A stretch of 45,241 nt of DNA, taken from Betaproteobacteria bacterium. GTDB taxonomy: Bacteria; Pseudomonadota; Gammaproteobacteria; Burkholderiales; SG8-39. Under the pieces are notes generated by a model, which was not told the DNA's origin, made no database searches, and saw nothing but the letters and a program-made list of their open reading frames with translations. A program made the translations under genes and the position numbers. Location: the NCBI GenBank assembly GCA_007280315.1, contig QYQC01000080.1, positions 1 to 45,241 of the forward strand. The letters are read 5' to 3'. Every line of letters begins with the position of its first letter. The first letter of the stretch is position 1. This document shows, in pieces, positions 34,674 through 44,138 of this stretch.

Positions 34674-36808
34674 GATCGAATGCCGAAAATGCTCTGCTCG
34701 TTCTTGTTTTCCATCATATCGATCACGCGGCAATCGCCGCACATTTGCAGCCGCTTCAGGCCTTCGCCGGCGAACATGGGATGCGACCCCAGTTTACCCA
34801 CCATGTTGTCGACCATCTGTTTATTTCCGAACGCCTTGCCGCAACTCACGCAATTGAACGGCACCGCCTCGTGCAGCAGCTGTTCCGCCTTGGCCTGGGG
34901 GCCAAGCAGCAGGCGCGGCGCCAGCGTAACCGCCTTCTCCGGGCAGGTGTTGACGCACAACCCGCATTGCACGCAATTGCGCTCGATGAATTTCAGCAAC
35001 GGTTGTTCGCGGCCGTCGACCAGCGCCGATGCCGGACAGGCGCCGACGCACGCCATGCACAGCGTGCAGGTGGCGCTATTCACCAGCACCCGGCCCCAGG
35101 GCGCGCCGGGTTCCAGCGCGATCTCCTCCTTCGGCGCCGGCGCGAAACGCGCCAGGTGCTCGAGTGCGAATTCCAGTGTGGTGCGCTTTTCCTGACTCAG
35201 ATTGAAACCTGCGGCTTCCGCGACCGTTCGCGCCGGCGCGAGCCGCCAAGCCTCGCGCTCGAGTACGGCTGCATCTTCGGTGGCGAGCAGTTTCAGGTGC
35301 GTTCCCGCATAGCCCAGCGCAGTGACGATGGTCTGCGCGTGTCGCATCTGCCGTTCCACGGCCAACCCGTATTCATCGGCCTCCTGCCGCGTTGCAAGCA
35401 GCACCACCTGGCTGGCGCCGTAAGCGAGCGCGCCGAGCAGCGTATCGATGCCGAGCGCGGCAACGCTGTGCACCTCAAGCGGAATCACCCGCGCCGGCAG
35501 GCCGCCGCTTTTTCCCGGCCGCGCACGGCGCCCGAGTTTCGCGATCAGGTCGCGGCTCGCGCCGGCATTGTGAAACAGCACGCAGGCGTCTTTTCCGCCC
35601 GCGGCGCGATAGGTGGCAAGCAGGGTCTTGAGCTGCCGGCCCAGGTCGGATACGCGCGGATAGACATGGGTCATCGCGCCCGATGGACATACGGTGGAGC
35701 AGCCGCCACAGCCCATGCACAGTCGCGGCTCCACATTGACTTGATCGCCCGCGGCGGAAATCGCGCCGGTGGAACAAACGTCGATGCAGTTGCTGCAGCC
35801 GGCCTTGGCCGAGCGGCTGTGCGCGCAGATCCTGGCGTTGTAAGCGAAGAACTTCGGTTTTTCGAACTCGCCCACCAGTTGCGCCAGCTGCGCTGCCGCG
35901 AGCGCCTGCGCCAGTGGATCGCGTCCCGGCGCGAGATAACCCTGCGGCAGCTGCGCCAGTTTGATGCAGGGATCGGCGCCGAGGTCGAGCACCAGATCGA
36001 AGCGCTCGTTCCGCGCGCGCTCGGCGCGGTCGAAATCAATCGCACGGATGTCGCCGCAGGCCTTGACGCAGTCGCGATGCGACTTGCATTTGGACAAGTC
36101 GATCTGATAGCCGAAGTCGATCGCCTGCTCCGGGCAGGCGTTGATGCAGGCGTTGCAGCGCGTGCACACCTCCAGGTCGATCGCGTTCGCCTGCTCCCAG
36201 GCGACCTCGAACGCGCCCAGGTAGCCGCTGATCGATTTCACCTTGCCTGACCAGACCGGGTAGCCGCGCACCGCGGGTAGCTCGCCACCCGATGCGGCCG
36301 GACCTGAACCCGCGGGACCTGAACCCGCGGGACCTGAACCATTGGCAACCAGCACGCTCACCTCGAGCTGCGCCTTGAGCCGCTCTGCCCACTCCAAGGC
36401 AACTTCTGCCGGTCCGACGATGAGCACCTGCCCGTCGGAGCGATAACTGGTACTCGACACCGGTTCCGGCCCGGGCAACATCGCCATGGCGAGCAGCGCC
36501 GCCATTTTCGGCGTGGCTTGCCGGGATTCTCCGGACCAGCCGGCGGTCTCGCGAATATTGGCGAACCTGAGTTCGTGCTTGGCGCCGGCCTGCTCGGCAA
36601 GCTCGGCGAACAGCGGCGCCTCCTGGGTACAGGCGACCAGACAATCACCGCCATCCACGGCCTGGTTGAACGCGCCGACTTCGCGCCGGCACAGCTCGGT
36701 ATGTATGGTGATGGGCGTGCCGAGCTTCAGTGCAATCGCCAAAGCCTTGGCGTCCAGCGCCATGGTCTGGTTGCAATTGCACAGCTTGATCGTTTTATCT
36801 GTCGACAT
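34670..36808 (-). CDS. 712-aa multi-[4Fe-4S] ferredoxin-domain protein (cytoplasmic polyferredoxin, FDH-associated)
   Basis: No signal peptide. There are at least six Cys-cluster motifs, including CTRCNACINACP, CSNCIDVCSTGA, CMGCGGCSTVCP, CTLCMACVGACP, CVQCGLCVNTCP and a C-terminal CVSC...CGDC. Confidence 0.8.
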   Translation of the reverse strand: MSTDKTIKLCNCNQTMALDAKALAIALKLGTPITIHTELCRREVGAFNQAVDGGDCLVACTQEAPLFAELAEQAGAKHELRFANIRETAGWSGESRQATPKMAALLAMAMLPGPEPVSSTSYRSDGQVLIVGPAEVALEWAERLKAQLEVSVLVANGSGPAGSGPAGSGPAASGGELPAVRGYPVWSGKVKSISGYLGAFEVAWEQANAIDLEVCTRCNACINACPEQAIDFGYQIDLSKCKSHRDCVKACGDIRAIDFDRAERARNERFDLVLDLGADPCIKLAQLPQGYLAPGRDPLAQALAAAQLAQLVGEFEKPKFFAYNARICAHSRSAKAGCSNCIDVCSTGAISAAGDQVNVEPRLCMGCGGCSTVCPSGAMTHVYPRVSDLGRQLKTLLATYRAAGGKDACVLFHNAGASRDLIAKLGRRARPGKSGGLPARVIPLEVHSVAALGIDTLLGALAYGASQVVLLATRQEADEYGLAVERQMRHAQTIVTALGYAGTHLKLLATEDAAVLEREAWRLAPARTVAEAAGFNLSQEKRTTLEFALEHLARFAPAPKEEIALEPGAPWGRVLVNSATCTLCMACVGACPASALVDGREQPLLKFIERNCVQCGLCVNTCPEKAVTLAPRLLLGPQAKAEQLLHEAVPFNCVSCGKAFGNKQMVDNMVGKLGSHPMFAGEGLKRLQMCGDCRVIDMMENKNEQSIFGIRS
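36300..36340. repeat. In-frame 15-bp tandem repeat (2.7 copies) inside the polyferredoxin gene
   Basis: GGACCTGAACCCGCG x2 plus a partial copy, encoding GSGPAGSGPAGSGPA in a linker. Confidence 0.9.
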
Positions 36809-36895
36809 CGTTCTTATAATAATTTATCGGCGCAACCCGTCGAACCCGGGCTCCTCCCGCGCAATCCGATACTACAAGTTAATCACTTCGCATGG

Positions 36896-37468
36896 CTAGC
36901 CATTTATGCCGGCCTTCTTCGCCGGCGTCGTCGCGGCATCGAAGCCGGTGCTGGCTCCGTCATCGGGCGCGCGTTCCGCCGCCAGTGGCGGCAGCGTGCT
37001 CGTATCCGCAATCGACTCGGGCAGAGCGGGCGCCGCTTCCGCGGCAGCGGCTTCGGTGTCCGCGCCGCCGGCCTCGTGCTTTTCATCGTCGAACAGCAGC
37101 AGCTCCTTCGCCTGATTCAGCTGGCGCAGCATCGCCTGTGGAATCGGATCGGGCTTGGAGTAATCGTCGATGTAGGTATCCAGGCCGTCCATGACGTTGA
37201 ACTGCGGTTCGCTGAACAATTTTTTCAGCGACGAACGGCGCAATTGTTCTTCTACCCGCGGATCGAAAAATTCCCGGTATTCGGGGCTGAGCTCCTTCGC
37301 CGCAGCCGGCGCTGCTGCCGGTGGCGCCGGTTCGCCGGCTTGCATGGTCGGCGCGGTGCTCTCCGACGCACGCGGCGCGTCGGCTGCCACCTGCGCAGCC
37401 GGAATCTCTTTCGCCGCCAGCTTGCGTCGCGACCAGCGCGACAGAAAGTGTTCTTCGTCTTCCACCAA
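36896..37468 (-). CDS. DUF3306-family protein
   Basis: The N-terminal EEHFLSRWSRRK motif is typical of DUF3306. The middle is Ala/Pro/Glu-rich and looks disordered. The C-terminal part reads DDYSKPDPIP. Confidence 0.7.
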   Translation of the reverse strand: MVEDEEHFLSRWSRRKLAAKEIPAAQVAADAPRASESTAPTMQAGEPAPPAAAPAAAKELSPEYREFFDPRVEEQLRRSSLKKLFSEPQFNVMDGLDTYIDDYSKPDPIPQAMLRQLNQAKELLLFDDEKHEAGGADTEAAAAEAAPALPESIADTSTLPPLAAERAPDDGASTGFDAATTPAKKAGING

Positions 37469-37477
37469 CTGCTTCTC

Positions 37478-37942
37478 CTATCCCCTCTTGGCGCCTTTGA
37501 ACGAAGGCGGACGGCTGCGTTTTTTCGGTTCGGGTTTGTAATGCCGGTTCACGAACTCGCCCAGCCAGTCGCACATGTCGCGCGCCATCGGCACCGTGTC
37601 CACCTTTTCATCCGCGTCCATAAAGCGCGCCGCTTCGCCATAGCTCACCGTGACAAATTTCGGCACGGCCAAATCATCGTCCATGCGCCAGACAATAAAC
37701 ACGCAGGGCTGCTTCGCCGACAGGTTGAGGTAGTAGTTCTCGGCTTCGTCGCGATGCAATTCCACGACGAAGCCGCCATACAACCATTGCATGCGCGTGT
37801 CGTCCTGCAGCAAGACGCGCGGCGCCGCGGCATCGCCCGGATCGGGAATAACGCCAATCGCCTCCCAGGTTTGCGTCTGCCAGCGGTTTGCGAGCGGACG
37901 CCGTTCAATGATGACTGCAATCGGAAATTCCGGAAGTTGCAT
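37478..37942 (-). CDS. DUF3305-family protein
   Basis: 154 aa reading FPIAVIIERRPLANRWQTQTWEAIGV...ENYYLNLS...VFIVWR. It is the first gene of the co-directional FDH cluster. Confidence 0.7.
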   Translation of the reverse strand: MQLPEFPIAVIIERRPLANRWQTQTWEAIGVIPDPGDAAAPRVLLQDDTRMQWLYGGFVVELHRDEAENYYLNLSAKQPCVFIVWRMDDDLAVPKFVTVSYGEAARFMDADEKVDTVPMARDMCDWLGEFVNRHYKPEPKKRSRPPSFKGAKRG

Positions 37943-38012
37943 ATAGCACGACTATACTAGCCCGGTGCCCGCTCTGCTATGATATTGGCCTGATTCAACA
38001 CGAAAAAGCCAT

Positions 38013-39107
<1,095 letters not shown>

Positions 39108-39150
39108 CGCTGGCGGCACGCGCAGCGTGCTACCGCAAAACGACTTTGCC

Positions 39151-40023
39151 ATGAAGCCGCAAGCCCGACCTGAGATCACCCGCGCCAGCCGAGCGCTGAC
39201 CTTCGACGTTGAGGCGATCAACGAACGCGGCGAAATGGTGCCCACCGCCATCGCCGGCGAAAATCCGCTTACGCTTTACGTAGACAAGCGCGAAATCGTC
39301 ACCCTGATGACCCTCGGCCAGGCGCCCGAAGCACTGGCCATCGGTTACCTGCGCAACCAGCGGCTGGTGAAATCCATCGATGAAATTGCCGCGGTGCAGG
39401 TGGACTGGGACACCGACTCGGTGGTGGTGACCACGCGCAAGGCCAGCGGCGCCGAGGGGCGCGCACGCGCGAAGGGCATGTCCGACAGAATGAAAAAGCG
39501 CACCGTCACCACCGGCTGCGGCCAGGGGACGGTGTTCGGCGACCTGATGCAGGAAATCGACGCGGTTCGGCTGCGCGACGATGTGCGTCTGTCCGAGGAA
39601 ACGCTGTACGCACTGATGGAACAGGTGCGCCGCCACGAAACCATTTACAAATCCGCCGGCGCGGTGCATGGCTGCGCCCTGGCGACCAATGACGGCGGCG
39701 CGAGCCGCATCCTCAGTTTCGTCGAAGACGTCGGGCGGCACAACGCGGTGGACGCGATCGCCGGGCAAATGTGGCTGGAGAAAATCGACGGCTCCGACAA
39801 GATTTTTTACACCACCGGGCGGCTCACTTCGGAGATGGTGATCAAGGCAGCGCAGATGTCCATCCCGTTCCTGGTGTCGCGCTCCGGCCTGACGCAGATG
39901 GGACACTCGATCGCGAAAAGAATAGGCATCACCATGATCGGTCGCGCCACCGGCAAGCATTACCTGCTGTTTACCGGCGGCGAGCGCTTCGTGAGATCGG
40001 TCAGCCCGACGCTCCTCGCCTGA
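39151..40023 (+). CDS. fdhD: Formate dehydrogenase sulfurtransferase/accessory protein FdhD
   Basis: ENPLTLYVDKREIVTLMTLGQAPEALAIGYL..., TTGCGQG (the catalytic Cys loop), VGRHNAVD and SRSG. The ATG at 39151 was chosen (the track ORF starts at 39031, overlapping moaA). Confidence 0.92.
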   Translation: MKPQARPEITRASRALTFDVEAINERGEMVPTAIAGENPLTLYVDKREIVTLMTLGQAPEALAIGYLRNQRLVKSIDEIAAVQVDWDTDSVVVTTRKASGAEGRARAKGMSDRMKKRTVTTGCGQGTVFGDLMQEIDAVRLRDDVRLSEETLYALMEQVRRHETIYKSAGAVHGCALATNDGGASRILSFVEDVGRHNAVDAIAGQMWLEKIDGSDKIFYTTGRLTSEMVIKAAQMSIPFLVSRSGLTQMGHSIAKRIGITMIGRATGKHYLLFTGGERFVRSVSPTLLA

Positions 40024-40132
40024 GAGTCGGCCCGCACCCCGCGCCCCCCTGAGAATCCGTTCCAAAAAACGCGAAGACGGGTTATTCGTTGGTGTAGGGC
40101 TTGTCAAAACCTTGCGCGCTGCGCGCGCCAAT

Positions 40133-40175
40133 CGTGATTTCAGTACGGATAAAAAACATCCGTACTGAAATCACG
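40133..40175. repeat. Perfect 18-bp-stem hairpin H1 (7-nt loop)
   Basis: CGTGATTTCAGTACGGAT-AAAAAAC-ATCCGTACTGAAATCACG, in the convergent fdhD/EamA spacer. Confidence 0.9.
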
Positions 40176-40222
40176 GTTATTGGTTAGAAAAGAAAAGATG
40201 TTAGGTTTTAAACAAGATCGTC

Positions 40223-40259
40223 GATGGCATGCGGATGGATTCATCATCCGCATGCCATC
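40223..40259. repeat. Perfect 15-bp-stem hairpin H2 (7-nt loop)
   Basis: GATGGCATGCGGATG-GATTCAT-CATCCGCATGCCATC. It extends to about 20 bp per arm with one mismatch (40218-40264). Confidence 0.9.
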
Positions 40260-40267
40260 AACGATCC

Positions 40268-40292
40268 GCACGGACGGTTACATCGTCCGTGC
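40268..40292. repeat. Perfect 9-bp-stem hairpin H3 (7-nt loop)
   Basis: GCACGGACG-GTTACAT-CGTCCGTGC, immediately after H2. Confidence 0.85.
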
Positions 40293-40328
40293 AAGATCTT
40301 GACAACTCATTTTGCAATCGTTTCCATG

Positions 40329-41318
40329 TCAACGCGCCGGCCGCGTAGACAGATAAATCCCCGGCAGAATCAGCAGCGCGCCCATCCAGTGAAAATTGCG
40401 GATCGGTTCGCCCAGCACCAGCCACGCGGTGATCGCTGCGTAGACCGGTCCAAGGTAGAGCACCACGCCGACGCGCGCCGCGCCGAGTTCGCGCTGCATG
40501 TACGAGTACGCGAGATAGGCGCCCAGTCCGGGGAATAGCGCGACTGCCGAAACGTAGCCAAAGCTGGTCCAGGAAATCTGCGTCGGCATGAACAGCAGCG
40601 CCTCAACCACGGTAAACGGCGCAAGAACCACCAGACCGCCGGCCATGATGAGTGTGAGACGCGCCGCAGGTCCGAACGGACTCGGCCAGGCTCGAAGCAG
40701 CAGCGAATACGCCGTCCAGGACAGCATCGCCACCAGGATCCACGCGTCACCCGCGGTGAATTCGACTTGGGACAATCCGCTCCACCGGCCCTTTACGACG
40801 ATGTGCAGCACGCCGGCGAAGGCAAGCGCGACGCCGCTCCACTGCACCGCACCCATGCGCTCCTTCAGTGCAAAGCGGGACACGAGCGCGATCATTACCG
40901 GCGAGGTCGAATAGATCAGGGCAATATTTGTGGCGACCGTGGTGCGCGCGCCCACATAGACGAAGGCGCCGCAAATCCACATGCCGAGCGCGCCCAGCGC
41001 GAGGAATTGCCTGTACTCCCGCCGGATCGCGATCGGGTGTGCGGCGATTTCACGCCACGAAATCGCGGCCAGCAGCAGAAACGCAATCAGCCAGCGGCCG
41101 AACGCCAGTGCGTGCGGCGCAACGGTTTCCACCGCGCTGCGACCGACCAGATAGTTGACGCTCCAGAACGCCGGAGTGATAAAAATCAGGACGATTGCCC
41201 ACTGCTTGCGCTGTTCGGGGGTCAATGGCGGGCCAGGAAAATAGCACGGGACGCGATGCGCCCCATTCGGCCGATTATAGTAGAACGCGTCGGAAAATCC
41301 ATGCGCAGGCATTGTCAT
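40329..41318 (-). CDS. EamA/DMT-superfamily transporter
   Basis: About ten TM segments in two EamA-like halves. The start MTMPAHG at 41318 was chosen, because the longer track ORF (to 41465) would run across the mobA start. Confidence 0.85.
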   Translation of the reverse strand: MTMPAHGFSDAFYYNRPNGAHRVPCYFPGPPLTPEQRKQWAIVLIFITPAFWSVNYLVGRSAVETVAPHALAFGRWLIAFLLLAAISWREIAAHPIAIRREYRQFLALGALGMWICGAFVYVGARTTVATNIALIYSTSPVMIALVSRFALKERMGAVQWSGVALAFAGVLHIVVKGRWSGLSQVEFTAGDAWILVAMLSWTAYSLLLRAWPSPFGPAARLTLIMAGGLVVLAPFTVVEALLFMPTQISWTSFGYVSAVALFPGLGAYLAYSYMQRELGAARVGVVLYLGPVYAAITAWLVLGEPIRNFHWMGALLILPGIYLSTRPAR

Positions 41319-41367
41319 AGCGAATCGCAGTTCGCACCAAGGCCGCGCCAACCGATAGAATGGCGGT

Positions 41368-43287
41368 ATGTCAGACAGCAAACTCGTGACCGGACTTATT
41401 CTCGCGGGCGGCCAGAGCCGGCGCATGGGCGGCGTGGACAAGGGGCTGCAGATGTTCCGCGGCAAGCGGCTGGTCGATCATGTCTACGAACGGCTTGCGC
41501 CGCAGGTCGAAGCCATCGTCATCAACGCCAACCAGAACCTCGACGGCTACCGGACGTTCGGCGTGCGCGTGGTCAGCGATGCCTTCGGCAATTTCGCCGG
41601 TCCGCTCGCCGGATTGCACGCCGGCCTGTCGGTGTCGCGCCGCCCGTTTCTCGCCTCGGTGCCCTGCGATTCGCCTTTCCTTCCCGCTGATCTGATCGAG
41701 CGCCTGTATGCGGGGTTGGACGGTTCAGGCGCAGACGTCGCGGTGGCCAAGACCGGCAATCAGCCGTATCCGGTATTCTGCCTCGTGCGCCGCGGCGTGC
41801 TCGAGCATCTCACCAACTTCCTCAAAGGCGGCGGGCGCAAGGTCGACGCCTGGTACGCAAGCCTCGCCGTGGTCGAGGTAAGTTTCGATGACCAGACCGA
41901 GGCGTTCAGCAACATCAATACGACCGAAGAACTGGCCATCCTGGAAAACGAAACGACTGTGCGCGGGGCGCCCGCCACTATCGAAACAGCGACTGCGCGC
42001 AAGGATTCACAGGACACGCTCGCAACGGTCGTGAGCTGTATCGACGATTACGATCCGAACGCGCTCAAGGTCGAGAAGGCGCGCGAGGTGATACGCGCGC
42101 TGCTGGTGCCGATCGCGACCAACGAAAAAGTGGCGGTGCGCGCCGCGCTGGGACGCGTGCTGGGCGAAGACATCATTTCCACACTGGATGTGCCGGCCCA
42201 CGACAATTCCGCCATGGACGGTTACGCCGTGCGCCATGCCGATCTCAATGCGGCGCAAGAGACCGAGCTGCGCCTGGCCGGCAGCGCGTTCGCGGGCCGG
42301 CAGTTCGCCGGCAAACCGGGCAGGCGCGAATGCGTGCGCATCATGACCGGCGCAGTGATGCCGCGCGGTACCGACACCGTGGTGATCCAGGAGGTGGTGC
42401 AGGTCGAGGGCGACAAGATACGTATCCCTGCCGGCCAGAGAAAGGGCCAGAATCGCCGCCTGGCGGGCGAGGACCTGGCCGCGGGCAAGCCCGTACTCCT
42501 GACCGGGCAGCCGGTCGGTCCGGCCGAACTCGGGCTGATCGCATCGCTCGGCCTGGCCGAAGTGGCGGTGCGGCGGCGCCTGCGGGTGGCGTTCTTCTCG
42601 ACCGGCGACGAGCTGGCTTCGGTTGGTGCGGCCCTGAAGCAAGGCGAGGTCTACGACAGCAATCGCTACACGCTCTACGGCATGCTCTCGCGCCTCGGAT
42701 GCGATGTGATCGACATGGGCGTGGTACGCGACGACCCGGCGAGCCTGGAGCAGGCACTGAAGTCCGCCGCCGCCGATGCCGACGCGATCATCACTTCGGG
42801 CGGCGTGTCGGTGGGCGAGGCAGATTTCATCCGTGAACTGCTCGGCAAACTCGGCGACGTCGTGTTCTGGAAGATCGCGATGAAGCCGGGCCGGCCGATG
42901 GCATTCGGCAGGATCGCGCATGCAGGCAAACAGGCGCATTTTTTCGGCCTGCCGGGCAATCCGGTGGCGGTGATGGTTACGTTCTACCAGTTCGTACGCG
43001 ACGCGCTGCTGGCGCTCTCGGGCCGCAGCGACGACTTCACCCAGCCGCTGCTGCAGGTGCCGTGCGCGAGCGCAATCAAGAAGAACCCCGGACGCACCGA
43101 ATACCAGCGCGGCACACTGACGCGCGATGTTCAAGGACAGTGGAGCGTTTGTCCGACCGGGGCGCAGGGCTCGGGCGTGCTGCGCTCGATGGCGCAAGCC
43201 AACTGCTTCATCGTTCTCGAACACGAGCGCGGCTCGGTCAAGCCCGGCGACCAGGTGCAGGTGCAACTTTTCGACGGACTGGTTTAG
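41368..43287 (+). CDS. Bifunctional fusion: MobA (Moco guanylyltransferase) + MoeA (molybdopterin metal-insertase), paralogue 2
   Basis: The first roughly 200 residues are MobA: GLILAGGQSRRMGGVDKGL...AGPLAGLHAGL...VPCDSPFLP. After a short linker comes a full MoeA: DNSAMDGYAV, TGDELA, SGGVSVGEADF, GLPGNPVAV. It is a single uninterrupted 639-aa ORF. Confidence 0.85.
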   Translation: MSDSKLVTGLILAGGQSRRMGGVDKGLQMFRGKRLVDHVYERLAPQVEAIVINANQNLDGYRTFGVRVVSDAFGNFAGPLAGLHAGLSVSRRPFLASVPCDSPFLPADLIERLYAGLDGSGADVAVAKTGNQPYPVFCLVRRGVLEHLTNFLKGGGRKVDAWYASLAVVEVSFDDQTEAFSNINTTEELAILENETTVRGAPATIETATARKDSQDTLATVVSCIDDYDPNALKVEKAREVIRALLVPIATNEKVAVRAALGRVLGEDIISTLDVPAHDNSAMDGYAVRHADLNAAQETELRLAGSAFAGRQFAGKPGRRECVRIMTGAVMPRGTDTVVIQEVVQVEGDKIRIPAGQRKGQNRRLAGEDLAAGKPVLLTGQPVGPAELGLIASLGLAEVAVRRRLRVAFFSTGDELASVGAALKQGEVYDSNRYTLYGMLSRLGCDVIDMGVVRDDPASLEQALKSAAADADAIITSGGVSVGEADFIRELLGKLGDVVFWKIAMKPGRPMAFGRIAHAGKQAHFFGLPGNPVAVMVTFYQFVRDALLALSGRSDDFTQPLLQVPCASAIKKNPGRTEYQRGTLTRDVQGQWSVCPTGAQGSGVLRSMAQANCFIVLEHERGSVKPGDQVQVQLFDGLV

Positions 43288-43298
43288 GACGAGTGCGC

Positions 43299-44114
43299 AT
43301 GCGCCAGGCTTCCACATGGCAACGCGGGCTTTCCCGCGTCCCCGGCGAACTCGGAACGGCGTTTCTGGGATGGTGTGCGAGCTGGTGGCGCGTGTTCCAC
43401 TTTGGCGCGCTGGCACTGGTGATGGCGCTTTCGCCCGCCACCTACGACCGGCAGAACCGCGTGGTGACCGCGAATCAGATCTACTTCACCGCCTGGCAGA
43501 TCCTGCCCTGGTTCACGCTGCTGTCGGCCCTGCTCAGCATGGTGTTGATCCGCATCGTGGTGGAGACCACCCTCAGCTACGGCCTGTCGCAGTACGCGCT
43601 GGAGATGGTGGTGCGCGTGCTGGTGCTGGAGCTGATTCCGCTGTTCGCCGCGCTGTTCGTCGCGCTGCGCTCCGGCGCCGCGATCAACACCGAGGTCGCG
43701 CTGATGCACATCCGCGGCGATTTCGATGAACAGCGGCGCGCGGGCTCGGACCCGCTCAGGCGCGAACTGGTGCCGCGGGTGATCGGCAGCGCGGTGTCGG
43801 TGGTGGCGCTGGCCGCCGTCAGCGGCATGGTGGCGCTGCTGCTCGCCTACCTGGGTGTCTACGGATTTTCTCCCTGGGGTCTCGCCGGCTTCAACCGCAC
43901 CGTGGGCCAGGTATTCGATCCGCAGGTGTCGATCGGCCTGGCGCTGAAGACACTGCTGTTCGGCGTTGCCGTCGCCGTGATTCCAATCACCGCCAGCCTG
44001 GAGTCGCCGCGCGAAATGCGCCTTGCACCGGTCGCGGTGCTGCGCGGCATGGTGCGGCTGTTCCTGGTGCTGGTGCTGCTCGAAGGCGCGTTCCTCGCAG
44101 TCAGGTACATCTAG
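43299..44114 (+). CDS. MlaE-family ABC transporter permease
   Basis: 271 aa, multi-TM, with the ELIPLFAALFVALRSGAAINTEVA block typical of MlaE/Ttg2B permeases. The ATG at 43299 was chosen (the track ORF starts at 43062, inside the fusion gene). Confidence 0.78.
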   Translation: MRQASTWQRGLSRVPGELGTAFLGWCASWWRVFHFGALALVMALSPATYDRQNRVVTANQIYFTAWQILPWFTLLSALLSMVLIRIVVETTLSYGLSQYALEMVVRVLVLELIPLFAALFVALRSGAAINTEVALMHIRGDFDEQRRAGSDPLRRELVPRVIGSAVSVVALAAVSGMVALLLAYLGVYGFSPWGLAGFNRTVGQVFDPQVSIGLALKTLLFGVAVAVIPITASLESPREMRLAPVAVLRGMVRLFLVLVLLEGAFLAVRYI

Positions 44115-44138
44115 AACGCGCACCCATCCGGATCAACC

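Noticed and set aside
34439-36250. 603-aa plus-strand ORF
   Set aside because: It is antisense to the polyferredoxin gene, whose Cys-cluster motifs identify the true frame. It is a shadow ORF.
37943-38012. Moco riboswitch upstream of moaA or of the DUF3305 gene (also considered for 23808-23927 and 20714-20818)
   Set aside because: These spacers are 70-120 nt, shorter than or barely the size of the motif, and are partly occupied by divergent promoters. No conserved Moco-motif segments were recognised.
40224-40538. 104-aa plus-strand ORF
   Set aside because: It is generated by reading through hairpins H2 and H3 and then antisense into the EamA gene. The His/Arg-rich translation has no RBS.
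41319-41465. Longer start for the EamA transporter ORF
   Set aside because: It would overlap the divergent mobA-moeA start by about 100 nt and adds a non-hydrophobic Pro/Arg-rich leader. The internal ATG at 41318 is preferred.
42007-43416. 469-aa minus-strand ORF
   Set aside because: It is antisense to the MoeA half of the fusion gene. It is a shadow ORF.
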